Below are positions 1-9,697 of a stretch of 64,000 nt of DNA, piece by piece; position 1 is the first letter of the stretch, and the number at the start of each line of letters is the position of its first letter. Location: NCBI GenBank assembly GCA_001783215.1, contig MFRA01000005.1, positions 29,845 through 93,844 on the forward strand, written 5' to 3'. Source of the stretch: Candidatus Magasanikbacteria bacterium RIFOXYD1_FULL_40_23 (GTDB lineage: Bacteria; Patescibacteriota; Patescibacteriia; Magasanikbacterales; GWA2-37-8). The notes below the pieces were generated by a model. It ran no database searches and was not told the DNA's origin. It saw nothing but the letters and a program-made list of their open reading frames with translations. The position numbers and the translations under genes were made by a program.

Positions 1-965
1 GCCGCAGTTGGCCAAACATAACCAGAAACAGTTGGTAGTTGTTTTGATGAAGGCGGCGTTGCAACTCTTGCCACATTACGTGGAGGCACAACTGTAGATT
101 TTTGTGCAGCTCGCACACCATTTGGAATCAAAATCTTTTCTCCAGAAACAAGATCGGAACCATCGGCTTTTAACTTGTTAAACTTCACGATCTCATCAAT
201 ACTTGCGCTATATAGCGCAGCAATCTTTTTCAAATTATCACCTTTCTTTATAGTGTGATTAAGACCGGTGATTGGCAAAATACGAAGCTTATCGCCAGGG
301 TGTAAATAAGAATTAATTCCAAGATTATTTTCCCAAAGAATTGTATTTATACTAATCTGGAATCTTGCAGCAATACTACCCAACGAATCTCCCGGCTCTA
401 CCATATAATCAACGGTCTTTTCTCTAACACCATTTACAATGGTGCCAGACAAAATTGTTGGCTTAGACAAAGCTGTGCCACCAGCCACTACCGTGCCTAA
501 TTCTATAGTCTCAAAACTATTATGGGTAAACTGATCCTGACTTAACACACCAGTTTTCCAAGCTGGGTTAGCGGTATTTTCAAAATCTGTTGCCACACTA
601 GCCGTTACTTCTTCTACGCTATAATCTTCGTCATTTGGAGTAAGAGAATAAGCCACAGTCTTTTGACCTGGCAAACTCACATCTTTTTTGGCATAAAGTT
701 TTGTTTGAGGTAAAGCTACTACAAACAAAATAATAAAAATTATAATCTGTAAATTGTCTCGTTTTACCAACTGACCATCTAGCCCGGCTACACCCGATAT
801 CTTTCGCATCAGGTAGTCCAATTTATAATGAACAAGCCCAATAACTCGCCAACCAGGAGCGGCAGCCTTGCCCAAAACAAAAAAAATTTGGGTGCCAAAC
901 CACCAAAAAAACCTCTTTGTATATATCAATACTTTCAGGGTTTTTAACAGTATTTTATAGCGCAT
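1..965 (-). CDS. LysM-repeat protein, probably M23 peptidase (runs off window start)
   Basis: Open frame from ATG at 965 (MRYKILLK...), TM segment, two LysM repeats (YMVEPGDSLGSIAARF; HTIKKGDNLKKIAALY), ends GYVWP at the window edge, which typically precedes an M23 domain. Confidence 0.85.
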   Translation of the reverse strand, partial: MRYKILLKTLKVLIYTKRFFWWFGTQIFFVLGKAAAPGWRVIGLVHYKLDYLMRKISGVAGLDGQLVKRDNLQIIIFIILFVVALPQTKLYAKKDVSLPGQKTVAYSLTPNDEDYSVEEVTASVATDFENTANPAWKTGVLSQDQFTHNSFETIELGTVVAGGTALSKPTILSGTIVNGVREKTVDYMVEPGDSLGSIAARFQISINTILWENNLGINSYLHPGDKLRILPITGLNHTIKKGDNLKKIAALYSASIDEIVKFNKLKADGSDLVSGEKILIPNGVRAAQKSTVVPPRNVARVATPPSSKQLPTVSGYVWPTA

Positions 966-995
966 ACAAATTAGCCCATTTAGCTGGGGACTTAC

Positions 996-1059
996 GGGGT
1001 TGACCCCATTAAATCCGGCTTAGCCGGTGTGCTTTCAGCACAATTTAACAGGGGTTGAC
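996..1059. repeat. Small palindromic element (three-way junction) flanked by GGGGTTGAC direct repeats
   Basis: GGGGTTGAC at 996 and 1051; outer stem CCCCATTAAAT/ATTTAACAGGGG enclosing hairpins CCGGC-TTA-GCCGG and TGTGC-TTTCA-GCACA. Confidence 0.6.
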
Positions 1060-1169
1060 TTGGGAGCTATATTAACATATCATAATGATTAAAACAACCC
1101 GGTTGGACCCTACCACATTAGGGTAAACAACCGCTCTAATTAGCTAATTTAAGTATTAATTCTCAACAT

Positions 1170-3152
1170 ATGTCCGTCTTTCTCTACGCCATATTGCCAG
1201 CAGTTTTGGCAATAGTTTATGGGGTAATTTTAATTGCCTGGATAAACAAACAACCAGCCGGAGATGATCGCATGAAGGCAATTGCCAAAGCTATCCAAGA
1301 AGGAGCAAACGCTTATCTTGGCAGACAATATAGAACTATCGCGGTAGTGGCTCTAGCAGTTTTTGTCCTTATGGGTTTTGGAGTTAACTGGTTAACTGCT
1401 ATTGGTTTCTTGGTGGGCGCAGTGCTTTCCGGATTAGCCGGTATTATTGGTATGAACGTATCTGTAAGAGCCAATATCAAAACTGCAGAAGCTGCCAAAA
1501 AAGGCATGGTAGAGGCACTAAACGTAGCTGTGCGCGGCGGGTCCATCACCGGTCTTATGGTAGTTGGTCTTGGCCTACTAGGCGTAGCTGGTTTTTATTT
1601 AATTACAAAAGATTTATCTGCTTTGGTTGGTTTGGCATTTGGCGGAAGTTTGATTTCTGTATTTGCTAGAATCGGTGGCGGTATATTTACCAAAGCAGCC
1701 GATGTGGGTGCCGATCTTGTTGGTAAAGTAGAAAAAGGTATTCCAGAAGATGATCCACGCAACCCAGCTGTTATTGCCGATAATGTTGGTGACAACGTAG
1801 GAGACTGCGCTGGTATGGCTGCCGACTTATTTGAAACTTACGCTGTAACTGCTATCGCTACTATGGTGCTTAGCGGCTTACTATTTGTAGGCAATGAAAA
1901 AGCTGTTATTTATCCTCTAGTTTTGGGTGGGGTGTCTATCCTTGCTTCTATTGCCGGTACATTCTTTATTCGCTTGGGCAAAAAACAAAACATCATGCAA
2001 GCTTTATACAAAGGCTTGGCTGCATCTGGCTTGCTTGCACTAGTAGCTTTTTATCCTGTCACCAAATGGCTTATGAGCGACTTGGCTGGATACGATGTAA
2101 ACAAAATTTATGCTTCTTCTGTGGTTGGTTTAGTACTTGCTGCTATTATGGTTTGGATTACTGAATACTACACTTCTACCGAATACGCTCCGGTAAAACA
2201 AATTGCCAAAGCAAGTGAAACTGGTCACGGCACAAACGTAATTGCCGGTTTAGCCGTTTCTATGAAATCTACTGCTTGGCCAGTATTATTTATCGTAGCT
2301 GCCATTCTTTCTACATACTGGCTTGCTGGTTTATACGGCGTAGCAGTAGCTGCAATGAGTATGCTTTCTCTAGCAGGTATAATTGTTACAATTGATGCTT
2401 ACGGCCCTATTACAGACAATGCTGGCGGTATTGCAGAGATGAGCGAACTCCCAGAACACGTAAGAGAAATCACAGATAAATTAGATGCTGTAGGAAATAC
2501 TACAAAGGCTGTTACCAAAGGCTACGCAATTGCTAGTGCAGCTTTGGCATCTCTGGTTCTGTTTGCCGATTACACACACAAACTTCCAGAAAGCGTACAG
2601 TTCTTAATCAACGATCCAAAAGTTTTGGCCGGATTATTTATCGGTGGTTTACTGCCATACTTATTCGGTTCTATGCTTATGGAATCCGTTGGTAAAGTAG
2701 CTAGCCAAGTAGTAGAAGAAGTTCGCAGACAGTTCCGAGAAATTCCAGGAATTATGGAACGTACAAACAAGCCAGACTACGGCAAAGCTGTAGATATTGT
2801 TACTAAAGGCGCGATCAATCAAATGGTTCTTCCAGCTGTAATTCCAGTTCTTGCTCCAGTATTAGTTGGCTGGTTGTTGGGCGTAGAAGCTTTGGGTGGA
2901 TTATTACTTGGTACAATTATTACTGGATTATTCGTAGCAATCTCTATGACTACTGGTGGTGGTGCTTGGGACAACGCCAAAAAATATATTGAAAAAGGAA
3001 ACTACGGTGGCAAAGGATCTTTTGCTCATCAAGCAGCTGTAACTGGCGACACCGTTGGTGATCCATACAAAGATACTGCCGGCCCTGCTATCAACCCAAT
3101 GATTAAAGTTGCAAACATTGTTGCGTTGCTGATTGTTGGATTATTGATCTAA
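1170..3152 (+). CDS. hppA: Membrane-bound pyrophosphatase, K+-independent H+-pumping type
   Basis: [37 protein letters not shown] motifs; GNTTKA carries the Lys of the K+-independent subfamily. Confidence 0.95.
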   Translation: MSVFLYAILPAVLAIVYGVILIAWINKQPAGDDRMKAIAKAIQEGANAYLGRQYRTIAVVALAVFVLMGFGVNWLTAIGFLVGAVLSGLAGIIGMNVSVRANIKTAEAAKKGMVEALNVAVRGGSITGLMVVGLGLLGVAGFYLITKDLSALVGLAFGGSLISVFARIGGGIFTKAADVGADLVGKVEKGIPEDDPRNPAVIADNVGDNVGDCAGMAADLFETYAVTAIATMVLSGLLFVGNEKAVIYPLVLGGVSILASIAGTFFIRLGKKQNIMQALYKGLAASGLLALVAFYPVTKWLMSDLAGYDVNKIYASSVVGLVLAAIMVWITEYYTSTEYAPVKQIAKASETGHGTNVIAGLAVSMKSTAWPVLFIVAAILSTYWLAGLYGVAVAAMSMLSLAGIIVTIDAYGPITDNAGGIAEMSELPEHVREITDKLDAVGNTTKAVTKGYAIASAALASLVLFADYTHKLPESVQFLINDPKVLAGLFIGGLLPYLFGSMLMESVGKVASQVVEEVRRQFREIPGIMERTNKPDYGKAVDIVTKGAINQMVLPAVIPVLAPVLVGWLLGVEALGGLLLGTIITGLFVAISMTTGGGAWDNAKKYIEKGNYGGKGSFAHQAAVTGDTVGDPYKDTAGPAINPMIKVANIVALLIVGLLI

Positions 3153-3228
3153 AACAAACTTAAACATATTGACAAAACTATTAAATAATATAGTATTATT
3201 TTATCTAACCCAAGGTTAGGAGGATACT

Positions 3229-3627
3229 GTGCAAATTCTGCAACTCACCGAGTCCATGCTGACCCCGTTCGTTGGCGGACAACTTGAAATCATGGATCAT
3301 AAGAACTTTTGTGCATACTGCGGCGAAATAGAAAGTGTTAGGATTATAAGGGACTTTCTCGTCGTGAAATTCGCCTGGTGCGCAAGCAACGACGACAATG
3401 GCAACCAACAAGGGTTAGGCACAAACTGGACGTCAATCAATAAACTCACCTACAGCTGGATGCTTCCGGAAGGAATCATCTCTAAAGAGTACGGTGGAAG
3501 AATTACGGTAGGCTTCGGAATGCGTCTCGTCGAGCTTCTCATCTTCCTTCCAAAGGAGTGTGGGCCAAGCTACGAGGAATATAGACTTAATCGCAGCCAA
3601 GTCAAAGGGCTAGATGCCGTTCCATAG
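3229..3627 (+). CDS. Hypothetical protein
   Basis: 132-aa ORF, GTG start with AGGAGG, TTGACA-type promoter at ~3169. Confidence 0.7.
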   Translation: MQILQLTESMLTPFVGGQLEIMDHKNFCAYCGEIESVRIIRDFLVVKFAWCASNDDNGNQQGLGTNWTSINKLTYSWMLPEGIISKEYGGRITVGFGMRLVELLIFLPKECGPSYEEYRLNRSQVKGLDAVP

Positions 3628-3815
3628 GCTACAATTCAAGGCCAGTGCGACCAGTAGAGGGGGTCGCACACAACAACGACCATTCGTACCTCTACTTTAG
3701 ATCCTAAATAATTTGGGGCTTAAAGTAGTGCGAGTGGTTTTTTGTTTACAAAAGTCTCAATCCTATTTGACCTTCAAATTATTTTACAGTAAACTGCATG
3801 ATCAGGAGGAATACG

Positions 3816-4004
3816 ATGAAAATCTCTCTTCGAACAATATCAAAAGTATTAGCTTTTGGTGGAGCGTTTGCCGCCTCGGCACTTATTTGGCTCATAGCAG
3901 AGCATGCAAAATGGACACCCGTACCTACTGCAATAGTGGCAGTAATATCCGCTATCGTCTGTATCATGCTCCCACAAATATTGTTATCAACACGGAGAAA
4001 ATAG
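3816..4004 (+). CDS. Small two-TM membrane protein
   Basis: AGGAGG before ATG 3816; two hydrophobic helices, basic tail. Confidence 0.65.
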   Translation: MKISLRTISKVLAFGGAFAASALIWLIAEHAKWTPVPTAIVAVISAIVCIMLPQILLSTRRK

Positions 4005-4177
4005 CTAGACTTTGCCCTGCGTTCAGTGTGTACCACCATGAAGCATGTTGAACAGATAAAATAATTCGTGGTTCATATAAAGCAGCTTTTACAAAGGCTG
4101 TTTTTAAATTTTTTGTAATAAAAAAATACCGCCGAACCGGCTGCTTTATAGGCAGTGGTCGGCGGATAGAAACAGAG

Positions 4178-4444
4178 TCAGGAATTCTCCTTGGTTGCAT
4201 GGGCAGCATCATTTAGGCTCACAAGCCATTTGCGTAACTCGAGTTCATCGAACTTAAGAACATGGTTGGGGTCATCTGGGGGTATTACCCAAAAAATCTT
4301 GCCGAAGCGGCCAACCACACTAGATTCTCTAGCCCTTAGCAAAAGACTGCTAATACCATCGCGCGGGAAATCCGATTCTTCTAGAACGAGAACTTGAGGA
4401 GGGCAGGTCAGAGGCGCTGCGACAGGTCGGTCGCCCATGTACAT
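4178..4444 (-). CDS. Hypothetical protein
   Basis: AAGGAG before ATG 4444; TTGACA at 4546-4541; terminator-like hairpin ~4128-4166. Confidence 0.55.
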   Translation of the reverse strand: MYMGDRPVAAPLTCPPQVLVLEESDFPRDGISSLLLRARESSVVGRFGKIFWVIPPDDPNHVLKFDELELRKWLVSLNDAAHATKENS

Positions 4445-4684
4445 GGCTCGACTCCTTCTCTGTTGATGTCTGCATCGCTTCGAAAACTTCAAAGCAATGA
4501 AAAAACAGATAGATAATAGTATTATACTTTTTTACTATTATGTCAATACTTTTTTGAAAAAACTTGCAATAATTATTAAATTAAAAAATATAATTTTACC
4601 ATTAAGCTACATTGACAAAACCGCTTTATTATGATAGTGTTATTTTAATTCAAAAATTTTTCTCCTCCACATAAGGAGTCTGAA

Positions 4685-5041
4685 ATGGAATGGTCCCTGA
4701 AAATTCTAACGGGAATTGTCATTCTAATACTAGTAGCTATGCTTGGCTATGCCGGCATACAATGCTACGACTGTGTTGGAATAAAAACCTCGACCGGAGA
4801 AGCTACCGTAACAGGCTGTACATACAAAGCTCCATGGATACAGGTTACCATAGTGGGTAAAACACCTATGGTAATAAGTCACCCCGAAGAATGGTGGTTA
4901 TGGATGCGCATAGACGCCCAACAAGCCGCTCTTCACGTTACCGAAAGCACTTGCCACTCTCCCATTGGCACGGTATATAAAGTAAAATATGGTTATGGTC
5001 GTCGTAGTGGCGACTTAATTATCAAGGACTTTGCCCCCTAA
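4685..5041 (+). CDS. Hypothetical membrane-anchored protein
   Basis: TAAGGAG SD, N-terminal TM helix, beta-rich remainder, terminator ~5072-5100. Confidence 0.7.
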   Translation: MEWSLKILTGIVILILVAMLGYAGIQCYDCVGIKTSTGEATVTGCTYKAPWIQVTIVGKTPMVISHPEEWWLWMRIDAQQAALHVTESTCHSPIGTVYKVKYGYGRRSGDLIIKDFAP

Positions 5042-5181
5042 GCCCACCCCTAACAGATACACGTATAGTTCGCTGGCTACTAAAACAGCCGGCGTTTTTT
5101 ATAAATATAACCACTAAGACAGGGGTTGACATTTCGCTAATTTTAAACTAGTATTACCTCGTTAAATATTTTAAAAAAGTT

Positions 5182-6471
5182 ATGCAATATACACTAAAAA
5201 ATCTAGAAAAATCCCAAGTAGAACTAACCATTACCGTAGAACCAAAGGATTACAAAAAACATTTAGAAGAGGCTGCTGTTCGCATTTCCGAACGCGCCGC
5301 TATTGCTGGCTTTCGCCCAGGCAAAGCCCCTTATGAAACCGTAAAACAACAGGTGGGTGAAATCCGAATCATAGAAGAAGCAATGCAAAGCATAGTAGAA
5401 AGAAATTTCTTTTTGGCTGCCAAAGAAGCTGCTTTAGATACTGTTGGCATGCCCCAAATTACTATTACCAAAATTGCTCCAGGCAATGATTTGGCCTTTA
5501 CTGCTACTGTAGCCCTGCTCCCAAAAATTAAATTGGGTGATTTGGCAACTGTAAAAGTAAAACATCAAGCCAAAGAAATTACCGACGAAGAAGTAGATAA
5601 AACTTTGAACGATTTAAAAAAGATGCAAACCAGAGAAATTCTAAAATCTGGTCCAGCTACCAAAGAAGATAAAATGGTAATTAACCTAGAAATGTTCTTG
5701 GACAAAGTACCAGTAGAAGGCGGACAAGCTCCAAACCACCAAGTATACTTGGGCGAACCTCACTATATTCCAGGACTAGCAGAACAATTAATTGGCTTAC
5801 AAAAAGATGAAACCAAAGAATTTACTCTCAAATTTCCAAAGGATCACTACCAAAAACATTTGGCTGGCAAAGATATTGAATTCAAAACAAAAGTACACGA
5901 TGTGTTTGAATTACAATATCCAGAAATAAATGAAGAATTTGCCAAATCTTTGGGCCAAGAAAGTATAGAAAAATTAAAAAATATTATAAAAGAAAACATG
6001 GCGGCTGAGCAGAAACACAAAGATGAACAAAAAATAGAAATAGAAATCTTGGATCAAATGATAGAAGCTAGTGAAATCTCCGAAATTCCAGACGTTCTAA
6101 TCAATACCGAAAAAAATAAAATCTTCCAAGAACTTCGCCGAAGTCTAGAAGCTCAAGGCATAGAGATGGAAAAATACTTAAAAGACTTAAAGAAAAGTGA
6201 AGAAGATATTTACAAGGACTTTACCGAACAAGCGATGCGCAGAGTAAAGGCCGCTCTTATCTCTCGCCAGATTGCGCTAGACAACAATATCAAAGCCGAG
6301 AAGTCCGAAATTGATGATGAAATAAAACAAATCAAAGCCGCATACCCAGATAATAAAAATGTAGAAGAAAATCTAAAAAAACCAGAAGTAATTGATACTC
6401 TAGCTCTAACAATTCAAAACAGAAAAGTAATGAGTTGGCTAAAGGAAAAAATTACAGATAAAAAATCCTAA
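5182..6471 (+). CDS. tig: Trigger factor
   Basis: GFRPGKAP ribosome-binding motif, FKBP-like centre, 429 aa. Confidence 0.96.
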   Translation: MQYTLKNLEKSQVELTITVEPKDYKKHLEEAAVRISERAAIAGFRPGKAPYETVKQQVGEIRIIEEAMQSIVERNFFLAAKEAALDTVGMPQITITKIAPGNDLAFTATVALLPKIKLGDLATVKVKHQAKEITDEEVDKTLNDLKKMQTREILKSGPATKEDKMVINLEMFLDKVPVEGGQAPNHQVYLGEPHYIPGLAEQLIGLQKDETKEFTLKFPKDHYQKHLAGKDIEFKTKVHDVFELQYPEINEEFAKSLGQESIEKLKNIIKENMAAEQKHKDEQKIEIEILDQMIEASEISEIPDVLINTEKNKIFQELRRSLEAQGIEMEKYLKDLKKSEEDIYKDFTEQAMRRVKAALISRQIALDNNIKAEKSEIDDEIKQIKAAYPDNKNVEENLKKPEVIDTLALTIQNRKVMSWLKEKITDKKS

Positions 6472-6606
6472 ATCTCATATTCTCTAAAATAAAACAGTCC
6501 TGCAACAAGGATTGTTTTATTTTTTAAGCAATCAGTATTTTAAAAAGCGCCCTGCCAGAGAAAATCTCCGACAGAGCGCGCACCCTCCCCCTTACTACAG
6601 ACGAGC

Positions 6607-6834
6607 TCAGTCGTCTTGGCTCAGTCGCATCTCTCGGTCCCCCAACCGATCGGTGTCGAACAAGAACCCATCCTCGAGCCACGGCGACAACGGCAACGCC
6701 CGAAGCTGAACATCCACCTTGGCCTCCAAGGCAGCTTCGGGGTCAACTTTCGCACAGTCATCACAGACGGCAACGTCCTCGTCGTCGGTCTCGATCTCCC
6801 TCTCACAAAGAACACATTCGACAGTCTTCGGCAT
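6607..6834 (-). CDS. Small acidic zinc-finger protein (GC-rich gene)
   Basis: CVLC...CDDC, GGGGA SD, TTGACA/TATAAT promoter at ~6907-6878, third codon positions mostly G/C. Confidence 0.6.
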   Translation of the reverse strand: MPKTVECVLCEREIETDDEDVAVCDDCAKVDPEAALEAKVDVQLRALPLSPWLEDGFLFDTDRLGDREMRLSQDD

Positions 6835-6971
6835 CCGGAATCCCCCATGTTGTTATCTGCGAATTTGCAGATAGTAGATTATACACTCCAAAACGGCTTT
6901 TTGTCAATCGTATGATATAATTTTGACTATAGGATTTTTAAATACTATAATGACACTACTAAATAAACTAT

Positions 6972-7808
6972 ATGCTTTTTGGCGCACATGTATCCATTGC
7001 TGGCGGATTATTCAACGCCCCTATAAACGCGGCTGCTATTGGCTGTGAAGTATTCCAAATGTTTTCTCGTTCCCCTCGCGGTGGTTGGGTAGCTCCACTA
7101 GACAAAAACATTGCCAAACAATTTAAAGAAAACTGCGAAAAGCATAACCAAAAAGAATGGTATATTCATGCGCCGTATTTTATAAACTTTGCTTCTACCA
7201 ATCCACGCATCAAACATGGCTCTGTGGCTGTATTACGAGAAGAACTAGAGCGTGGCACAATGCTGGGCGCAAAATACATAATGACTCATTTGGGCAGCTA
7301 CAAAGATGTGGGCCAAAAAGAAGGTTATAAACAATTAATAGAGGGTTTAGAAAAAGTAATGAAGGGATATAAGGGCACAACCCAATTTCTAATAGAAATC
7401 TCTGCTGGTGCCGGTAATATCCTTGGGGACACATTTGAAGAGGTAGGCGCTGCCTTACATCACAAAAAAATAGAAAAATATAATATCGGTGTCTGCTACG
7501 ATACCCAACATGCATTTGCTAGCGGCTACGATTGCCGCACGCCCAAAGCATTTGATGAAACTCTAAAAAAATTTGATAAAGAAATTGGCCTGGATAGATT
7601 AAAAATGTTTCATTGCAATGATTCCAAACCAGAACTTGGATCTCACCGAGATCGTCACGAACATATCGGCAAGGGCCAAATAGGATTGGCTGGATTTAAA
7701 ACAATCTTAGGTGATAAAAGATTAAAAGATAAAAACTTTATAGCAGAAACCGAAGATGACGAAATCGTACAAGACTTAAAACTACTAAAAAAGATTAGGG
7801 ATAAATAA
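6972..7808 (+). CDS. nfo: Endonuclease IV (AP endonuclease)
   Basis: GAHVSIAGG, HAPYFIN, CYDTQHAFASG, HCNDSK, DRHEHIGKG. Confidence 0.96.
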   Translation: MLFGAHVSIAGGLFNAPINAAAIGCEVFQMFSRSPRGGWVAPLDKNIAKQFKENCEKHNQKEWYIHAPYFINFASTNPRIKHGSVAVLREELERGTMLGAKYIMTHLGSYKDVGQKEGYKQLIEGLEKVMKGYKGTTQFLIEISAGAGNILGDTFEEVGAALHHKKIEKYNIGVCYDTQHAFASGYDCRTPKAFDETLKKFDKEIGLDRLKMFHCNDSKPELGSHRDRHEHIGKGQIGLAGFKTILGDKRLKDKNFIAETEDDEIVQDLKLLKKIRDK

Positions 7809-7847
7809 ACGGTCGTAAAAAATATTTATATTAAATAATAATAAATT

Positions 7848-8285
7848 ATGGATGAAAACATGTTAAACACAGCCCCATCTACAAGCAAAACAAAACTAAT
7901 CGTTGGCGTTCTAGTTTTATTAGTTGTTTTGGGTGGTGCTGCTTTTGTCTGGTACTCAAAAACTAAACCAGAAAATAAAATCCCCGTACCAACCACAAAT
8001 AATAGCGGTGCAACTGAGCCAAACATAACCCAACCAAGTTCCGAAGAAAATAATGGCGCCTCTCCTAACCCAGCCGTTCCCGCCACACCAGACACCTCTG
8101 ATACAGACCACTCCAATCCACCTAGCACTACTACGCCTCCATCAACTTCTACTTCTACAATCCCAAGACAAGATACAGGAGTAGATACTTTTGACCCAGG
8201 AAACTTACCACCTACTACCTCTACACCTCCAAGACCACCTGGCACACAAACAAATCCAGACAGCAGCACGGTACTTTCTCAATAA
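7848..8285 (+). CDS. Membrane-anchored Pro/Ser/Thr-rich low-complexity protein
   Basis: Single N-terminal TM then disordered P/S/T-rich tail. Confidence 0.75.
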   Translation: MDENMLNTAPSTSKTKLIVGVLVLLVVLGGAAFVWYSKTKPENKIPVPTTNNSGATEPNITQPSSEENNGASPNPAVPATPDTSDTDHSNPPSTTTPPSTSTSTIPRQDTGVDTFDPGNLPPTTSTPPRPPGTQTNPDSSTVLSQ

Positions 8286-8333
8286 TTAATAACGAAAAAC
8301 AAAAATACACCGCTTAATAGGTGTATTTTTGTT

Positions 8334-8603
8334 TTAAGGGTTATCTATTCCACCCTTACTCCACGGATTACAGCGCAATATTCGCCAGGCCGCTAGTGCA
8401 ACACCCACCACTAAACCTCGTTTTCTTATTATTTCATATCCATACTCACTACAGGTGGGCGTAAACCTGCAATAGCCATAGGGGAATTGAGATTTAAACA
8501 GCCCATGATCTGGAGAAATTGTTTTTTGGTATATTTTTATCAAAAATAAGAGCGGCGTTCTTGGCAAGAATAAGAGAAAATCAAGGATTTTTTTTATTTT
8601 CAT
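8334..8603 (-). CDS. yidD: Membrane protein insertion efficiency factor
   Basis: [29 protein letters not shown]; follows rnpA. Confidence 0.93.
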   Translation of the reverse strand: MKIKKILDFLLFLPRTPLLFLIKIYQKTISPDHGLFKSQFPYGYCRFTPTCSEYGYEIIRKRGLVVGVALAAWRILRCNPWSKGGIDNP

Positions 8604-8690
8604 ACAAAGTGAAGGAAACAAAAATTTATTTTTATTTCTGAGCGTGTATAGAAAATACCTTTAGTATTTTCATATTAAGCAAACTTTGGA

Positions 8691-8725
8691 TGTCATCCCG
8701 AGCGAGCCGTAGCGACGAGGGATCT
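8691..8725. repeat. REP-like GTCAT-family palindrome, half copy
   Basis: TGTCATCCCGAGCGAGCCGTAGCGACGAGGGATCT, close to the copy at 28986. Confidence 0.7.
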
Positions 8726-8742
8726 ACAATATAAAATAAATG

Positions 8743-9138
8743 TTATGCTTTCAAAACCTTCGCCTTACTTAATAAAACTTTTACTTCTTGGCTAATGGCT
8801 GCATAATCTTTGTTCAAAACATCCTTTTTGGCTACCACAAGTATATAGTAGCCGTTTTTTATAACCCCATCTTTGAGTAGAAGCCTTATTACCTCTCTTA
8901 TCTGCCTTCGCACCCTATTTCGCTTTACTGCACTTTTATGCACCTTTAACCCTGTAGAAATGGCTAGCTTTAGCTGATTTTGGAAATTAATTGGATCTTC
9001 TTTTTCTGGGAAGAACTTTGTATTTTTGGCTAATTCTAGTACTTTTATATCCAAAAACTGGCCATTTGCCCAATAGCCATGCTTTAGTACCAAGTTAAAA
9101 TCTCTAAGTTTTCGTAAACGATTGTCTTGTTGGAGCAT
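8743..9138 (-). CDS. rnpA: Ribonuclease P protein component
   Basis: RLRKLRDF, KVHKSAVKRNRVRRQIRE (RNR motif), position after rpmH. Confidence 0.95.
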   Translation of the reverse strand: MLQQDNRLRKLRDFNLVLKHGYWANGQFLDIKVLELAKNTKFFPEKEDPINFQNQLKLAISTGLKVHKSAVKRNRVRRQIREVIRLLLKDGVIKNGYYILVVAKKDVLNKDYAAISQEVKVLLSKAKVLKA

Positions 9139-9169
9139 ATTATAAAATAGTATAACAAATTACCGTTGA

Positions 9170-9269
9170 TTTGTCTTTGACAACACATCGCAGTCACGAC
9201 TCGCGTCGGGACGAGATCTGAATGCCCGAGTCATCCACAGATGGCGAGAGGCTGTTTGGCAAAGATAAA
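9170..9269. ncRNA. Candidate ~100-nt structured RNA between rpmH and rnpA
   Basis: GC-rich irregular hairpin: TTGTCTTTG/CAAAGATAA, TCGC/GCGA, GACTCG/CGAGTC; no ORF. Confidence 0.35.
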
Positions 9270-9272
9270 TTA

Positions 9273-9326
9273 ATGGTAATTAAACATAAAACCCGCCTTT
9301 GAAGGGGGTTTTATGTTTAATTACCA
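9273..9326. terminator. Long inverted repeat, likely terminator after rpmH
   Basis: TGGTAATTAAACATAAAACC...GGTTTTATGTTTAATTACCA, 20-bp perfect arms overlapping the rpmH stop. Confidence 0.7.
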
Positions 9327-9500
9327 GGTTTTTCTTGTTCTCTTGCCTTTGCGTTCGTTGGAAACTGTTAGTTTCTTTCTGCCTTTTGCACGTCTGCGGC
9401 TAAGAACTGCGCGTCCTCCCTTGGTTTTCATACGAGCACGGAAACCGTGGGATTTTGCTCTCTTGCGTTTTTTAGGTTGATAAGTTCGCTTTGTTGCCAT
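9321..9500 (-). CDS. rpmH: 50S ribosomal protein L34 (59 aa, absent from ORF track)
   Basis: Translated by hand: [59 protein letters not shown]. Confidence 0.97.
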   Translation of the reverse strand: MATKRTYQPKKRKRAKSHGFRARMKTKGGRAVLSRRRAKGRKKLTVSNERKGKRTRKTW

Positions 9501-9569
9501 ATATAAGACAGCTAATAATTACAAAACCAATTGTACATAATTACCCGTGTTTTGTCAAGGTAAGTGAGT

Positions 9570-9625
9570 TTTATCCCCAAAAACAATCTATCCACACCTT
9601 GTCCCCAGTCTTTCCCCCACCTGTT
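9570..9625. promoter_or_regulatory. Degenerate DnaA boxes upstream of dnaA
   Basis: TTATCCCCA, CTATCCACA, TTGTCCCCA, TTTCCCCCA in the same orientation. Confidence 0.6.
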
Positions 9626-9697
9626 TTTGGCTAACTATTGGACACCTAGCTTTATTATGTTAAGATTAAAAAGTTAAATAATAAAGGTTCTAAAAAT

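Noticed and set aside
7826-8269. 147-aa antisense ORF
   Set aside because: Mirror of the low-complexity P/S/T-rich gene on the + strand.
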